Assembly (NCBI GenBank): GCA_963707335.1
Contig: CAVPQD010000010.1
Span: forward strand, 31,676 to 95,675
Source: an uncultured Thermoleophilia bacterium
GTDB taxonomy: Bacteria; Actinomycetota; Thermoleophilia; UBA2241
Direction of reading: 5' to 3'
DNA length: 64,000 nt
Shown here: in pieces, positions 61,151 through 64,000 of the stretch
How positions within the stretch are numbered: the stretch's first letter is position 1
How the letters are laid out: every line of letters begins with the position of its first letter
The notes under the pieces: model-generated
What the model was told of the DNA's origin: nothing
Seen by the model: only the letters and a program-made list of their open reading frames with translations
The model's database searches: none
Position numbers and translations under genes: made by a program

Positions 61151-61873
61151 ATGAGGAAGCTGCTGCTGGCGGCCGTCGTACTGGTGCTCGGGCTGGGTAT
61201 CGCCGTGCCGGCGCTGGCGGGGAGCGGTCTTCAGCTCTCGGTCGCGCCCCGCGTCGCGGCCGACGGAAGAGCCACATCGTTCAGCCTGAACGGCGAGGTG
61301 GTGCGCGTGTTCACCACCGCCGGCGCCGTGAAGGTGCATGTCAAGCTCGGCAGTGCAGGCGTGCGCCCCTTCATCGGCCGCGGCCTCACGATGCGCGTCG
61401 CGCGCAACGCCGTCCTGCTCTCGATCGACGAGGGCATCGCTCACGCCATCAAGCTGAGCCAGGTCAAGCCGGGCCAGCACGTGCATGTGGAGGGCCGCAT
61501 CGACCGCAGCGCACCGCTGGCGCCCGTGTACGTGGCGACGCTCATCCAGGTGCGGCACTACACGCCGACGGCGCAGCTCACGGAGTTCGCCTGCGGCGGC
61601 GCGGTGACGTCGGTCGACGCCGCCGGCGTGCGGCTCGTCGTGAACGCCGCTTCCCGGGCCCTCTGGGCGTCCATCGGCAGCGAGGTCGCCATCGCCGTGC
61701 CCGAGGGCGCGCGGCTCTTCAAGTGGGTGGACGGCGCGAAGGTGCCGATCGCGCTGACCGACGTGATGGCCGGCGACCGGATCTGGACGAGGGGGACCAT
61801 CGACCGCAGCGCGGGGACACCCGTGTACAGCGCCGACGTCCTGGTGCTGCGCCAGGCTGCGGCGCAGCCCTGA
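61151..61873 (+). CDS. secreted protein of unknown function with internal tandem duplication of a ~100-aa beta-rich domain
   Basis: Signal peptide MRKLLLAAVVLVLGLGIAVPALAGS; both halves end in the same motif (...HVHVEGRIDRSAPLAPVYVATLIQVRH / ...RIWTRGTIDRSAGTPVYSADVLVLRQ); sits directly upstream (minus-strand sense) of the ECF sigma gene. Confidence 0.55.
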   Translation: MRKLLLAAVVLVLGLGIAVPALAGSGLQLSVAPRVAADGRATSFSLNGEVVRVFTTAGAVKVHVKLGSAGVRPFIGRGLTMRVARNAVLLSIDEGIAHAIKLSQVKPGQHVHVEGRIDRSAPLAPVYVATLIQVRHYTPTAQLTEFACGGAVTSVDAAGVRLVVNAASRALWASIGSEVAIAVPEGARLFKWVDGAKVPIALTDVMAGDRIWTRGTIDRSAGTPVYSADVLVLRQAAAQP

Positions 61874-61892
61874 GCCATCGCACGTGAGGCAC

Positions 61893-61928
61893 GGAGGCGG
61901 GGCGGCCCGGCCGGGCCGCCCCGCCTCC
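61893..61928. terminator. perfect 36-nt GC palindrome (18-bp stem, no loop) between the secreted-protein gene and prfB
   Basis: ggaggcggggcggcccgg/ccgggccgccccgcctcc read directly, 20 nt after the stop at 61873. Confidence 0.45.
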
Positions 61929-61984
61929 GCGCGCCTGCGTCCCGGGTCGCTGGCCTCGCGCCCTTTCGGGTAGACTACCCGGTC

Positions 61985-63146
61985 ATGAGCCCCGCCGCCT
62001 CAGAAGCACTCGTCCAGCTCGACTCGCTCCGCGAGCGGCTCAAGGAAGCCTCCGGGCGCCTTGGCTGGCTGCGGAGCTATCTTTGACCCCCCCAAGCTGA
62101 CAGCCGAGATCGAGGCGCTGGAGGAGCGCATGCGCGCCGCCGGGTTCTGGGACGACCAGGACCAGGCCTCCCGGGTCTCCGCCCAGTACAGCCGCGTCAA
62201 GCGCCGCCTCGAGGAGTTCGCCGAGATCGAGGGCCGCTATGCCGATCTCGAGAGCACCGAGGAGCTGCTGCGTGAGGAGCTGAGCGGCGACGCCGTCGAC
62301 GACGAGCTCCTCCAGGAGCTCGTGACCGGCGTCGCCGCCCTCGAGAAGGACCTGCAACGCGGCGAAGAGGCGCGTTTCTTCAGCGGCAAGTACGACGAGG
62401 GCGGCGCCATCATCACCATCCACCCCGGCGCCGGCGGCACCGAGAGCCAGGACTGGGCGGAGATGCTGCTGCGCATGTACCTGCGCTGGTTCGAGCGCCG
62501 CGGCTTCAAGGTGGAGATCAACGACCAGCAGGAAGGCGACGAGGCAGGCCTCAAGAGCGCCACCCTCACCGTGGAGGGGCCGAACGTCTACGGCCTCATT
62601 CAGGCCGAGCGCGGCGTGCACCGCCTCGTGCGGCTGAGCCCCTTCGACTCGGCCAACCGCCGCCACACCAGCTTCGTCTCGGTCGACGCCTCGCCGCTGG
62701 TCAGCGAGGACGTGGACGTCGAGATCGACGAGGACGATCTGCGCATCGACACCTACCGCTCCAGCGGCGCCGGCGGCCAGCACGTCAACAAGACGAGTTC
62801 GGCGGTGCGCATCACGCACATCCCCACCAACATCGTCGTGCAGTGCCAGAACGAGCGCTCGCAGCTGCAGAACAAGGCCGTGGCGATGCGCATGCTCAAG
62901 TCCAAGCTCGTCGAGCTGGAGGAGCAGAAGCTCACCGACGAGCTGGCCCGGGAGCGCGGCGAGGTGCGCAACGTGGACTTCGGCAGCCAGATCCGCAGCT
63001 ACGTGCTGCATCCCTATCAGATGGTCAAGGACCTGCGCACGGGCTACGAGGTCGGCAACGCCCAGGGCGTGCTGGACGGCGACCTGGACGGCTTCGTGCA
63101 CGAGTACCTGGTGTGGCGCTCGGAGGGCAGCCCGCCGAGAAAGTAG
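61985..63146 (+). CDS. prfB: peptide chain release factor 2, with programmed +1 ribosomal frameshift (frame 0 61985-62083, frame +1 62085-63146)
   Basis: MSPAASEALVQLDSLRERLKEASGRLGWLRSYL then CTT TGA C (62081-62087) with a GGAG Shine-Dalgarno-like element 5 nt upstream; +1 frame continues DPPKLTAEIEALEERM...SPFDSANRRHTSF...YRSSGAGGQHVNKTSSAVRITHIPT (GGQ)...SPPRK*. Confidence 0.9.
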
Positions 63147-63230
63147 TCGTCACCCTGGCGGCGTGGGCGCTCCCGTACCGTCGCACGCATCCGATCCGGT
63201 GTCGCTCACCCCTCTGATACGCTTCGCGCC

Positions 63231-63749
63231 ATGAGTTTCCCAGCCCATCAGCCTCCCGTGCTGCGCGGCCGTCTGGTCACCCTGCGGCCGGCGACGGACG
63301 CCGATGCCGCGCCGCTGCTCGCCATCCTCGACGAGCCCGAGGTAGGGGCGTGGTGGCGGCGCGGCGAGTGGGAGCGGCTGGCGGAGAGCGACGCCGTCAC
63401 GTACGTCATCGAGCTGGACGGCATCGCCGTCGGCTGTATCCAGTTCCACGAGGAGGACGACCCCGACTACCGCTCGGCCGCCGTCGACATCTTCGTCTCG
63501 GCGGCCGTCCACGGGCGCGGCGTCGGACCGGACGCCATGCGGACCCTCATCGCCTGGCTCATCGAGGCGCGCGGCCACCACCGCTTCACCGTCGATCCGG
63601 CGCTTGCCAACGCGCGCGCCGTCCACGTCTACGAGAAGCTCGGCTTCCGCCGCGTCGGCGTGCTGCGGCGCTACGAGCGCGCCGCCAGTGGTGAGTGGCG
63701 CGACGGGCTGCTCATGGAGCTGCTGGCCGACGAGTTCGCGCGCGACTGA
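63231..63749 (+). CDS. GNAT-family N-acetyltransferase
   Basis: ...YVIELDGIAVGCIQFHEED...VDIFVSAAVHGRGVGPDAMRTLIAWLIEARG...ANARAVHVYEKLGFRRVG... is the acetyl-CoA-binding motif A pattern. Confidence 0.8.
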   Translation: MSFPAHQPPVLRGRLVTLRPATDADAAPLLAILDEPEVGAWWRRGEWERLAESDAVTYVIELDGIAVGCIQFHEEDDPDYRSAAVDIFVSAAVHGRGVGPDAMRTLIAWLIEARGHHRFTVDPALANARAVHVYEKLGFRRVGVLRRYERAASGEWRDGLLMELLADEFARD

Positions 63750-63795
63750 GCTGCCGCCCCGCTCGGCGTCGCCGACGCCCGGCTATACTGCCGCC

Positions 63796-64000
63796 ATGGA
63801 TCCTTCGCCCGCGCCGCGCCCAGCGCCCACGCCCTACCCCCGCATCGAGCTGCACGTGCATCTCGAGGCTACGGTGCGGCCTGAGCGTCTGCTCGAGATC
63901 GCGCGCCGCAACGACGTCGCCCTGCCGGCGCGCGACGTCGACGGCTTGCGCGAGTTCTGCCGCTTCACCGGCTTCGAGCACTTCATCGAGGTGTGGATCA
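63796..64000 (+). CDS. adenosine/adenine deaminase-family amidohydrolase, N-terminal part (3'-truncated by window edge)
   Basis: MDPSPAPRPAPTPYPRIELHVHLEATVRPERLLEIARRNDV... carries the metal-binding HxH (ELHVHLE) of the adenosine deaminase family; TATACT -10 box ends 6 nt before the ATG (leaderless-type). Confidence 0.65.
   Translation, partial: MDPSPAPRPAPTPYPRIELHVHLEATVRPERLLEIARRNDVALPARDVDGLREFCRFTGFEHFIEVWI

Noticed and set aside
58036-61984. Possible mobile element or genomic island between secA and prfB
   Set aside because: No integrase, transposase, tRNA target or direct terminal repeats are detectable, so it is not called a mobile_element. It is kept as an accessory-insertion hypothesis in the findings.

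Overview
High-GC (about 70%) chromosomal segment with actinobacterial-type gene order; almost all genes are on the + strand and most are core housekeeping genes. In order: a truncated DUF3465-like gene and a membrane protein; ilvC; a class-V aminotransferase plus serA; a leucine/isoleucine block (leuA, leuC, leuD, leuB, ilvE, citramalate synthase cimA); an FAH-family hydrolase; dnaE; a his operon (hisZ-hisG-hisD-hisB-hisH-hisA-hisF) followed by a YrdC/TsaC-like gene and a PhzF-family gene; rpiB-glyA-dCMP deaminase-WecA-like GT4 transferase; the complete F1Fo ATP synthase operon (atpZ/I-B-E-F-H-A-G-D-C) and murA, i.e. the mycobacterial-type rfe-atp-murA arrangement. Then comes a cell-envelope locus: an LCP ligase, an LCP-like paralog, a small LAFTG sortase-substrate protein, and an O-antigen-ligase-like membrane protein with a TPR tail. 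It is followed by sugar-nucleotide genes (ugd, mannose-1-P guanylyltransferase, phosphomannomutase, SIS-type PGI/PMI), a SAM-recycling cluster (PNP/MTAP-like, ahcY, mtnA, a second NDP-sugar pyrophosphorylase) and comF-hpf-secA. Between secA and prfB lies a ~4 kb accessory-looking block: a secreted RTX-repeat protein with a C-terminal HExxH metallopeptidase-like domain, a convergent ECF sigma/anti-sigma unit with a Pro/Thr-rich tail, and a secreted protein built from two repeated domains. prfB carries its canonical programmed +1 frameshift (CTT TGA C); a GNAT acetyltransferase and the start of an adenosine deaminase close the window. I found no rRNA, tRNA, CRISPR array or transposase. The dominant anomaly is a very high and strongly clustered density of frame-disrupting indels (about 40), including in essential genes (dnaE 4, atpA 3, cimA 4), beside long stretches with none (19.5-29.3 kb and 44.6-58.0 kb). 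Uncorrected consensus error is the most likely cause, but real decay of the 38-44.5 kb cell-wall locus cannot be excluded from sequence alone. Other notable elements: a family of long perfect GC-only palindromes (U-tract-less terminator/REP-like), some flanking two glyoxalase/VOC paralogs (one frameshifted); a candidate Leu-rich leader peptide with a CCCCCCGCGGGGGG palindrome upstream of leuA; two tandem hairpin repeats over the comF start; a 36-bp tandem duplication inside the ligase-like gene; and recurrent TA(T/G)ACT -10 boxes a few bases upstream of start codons (leaderless-type).
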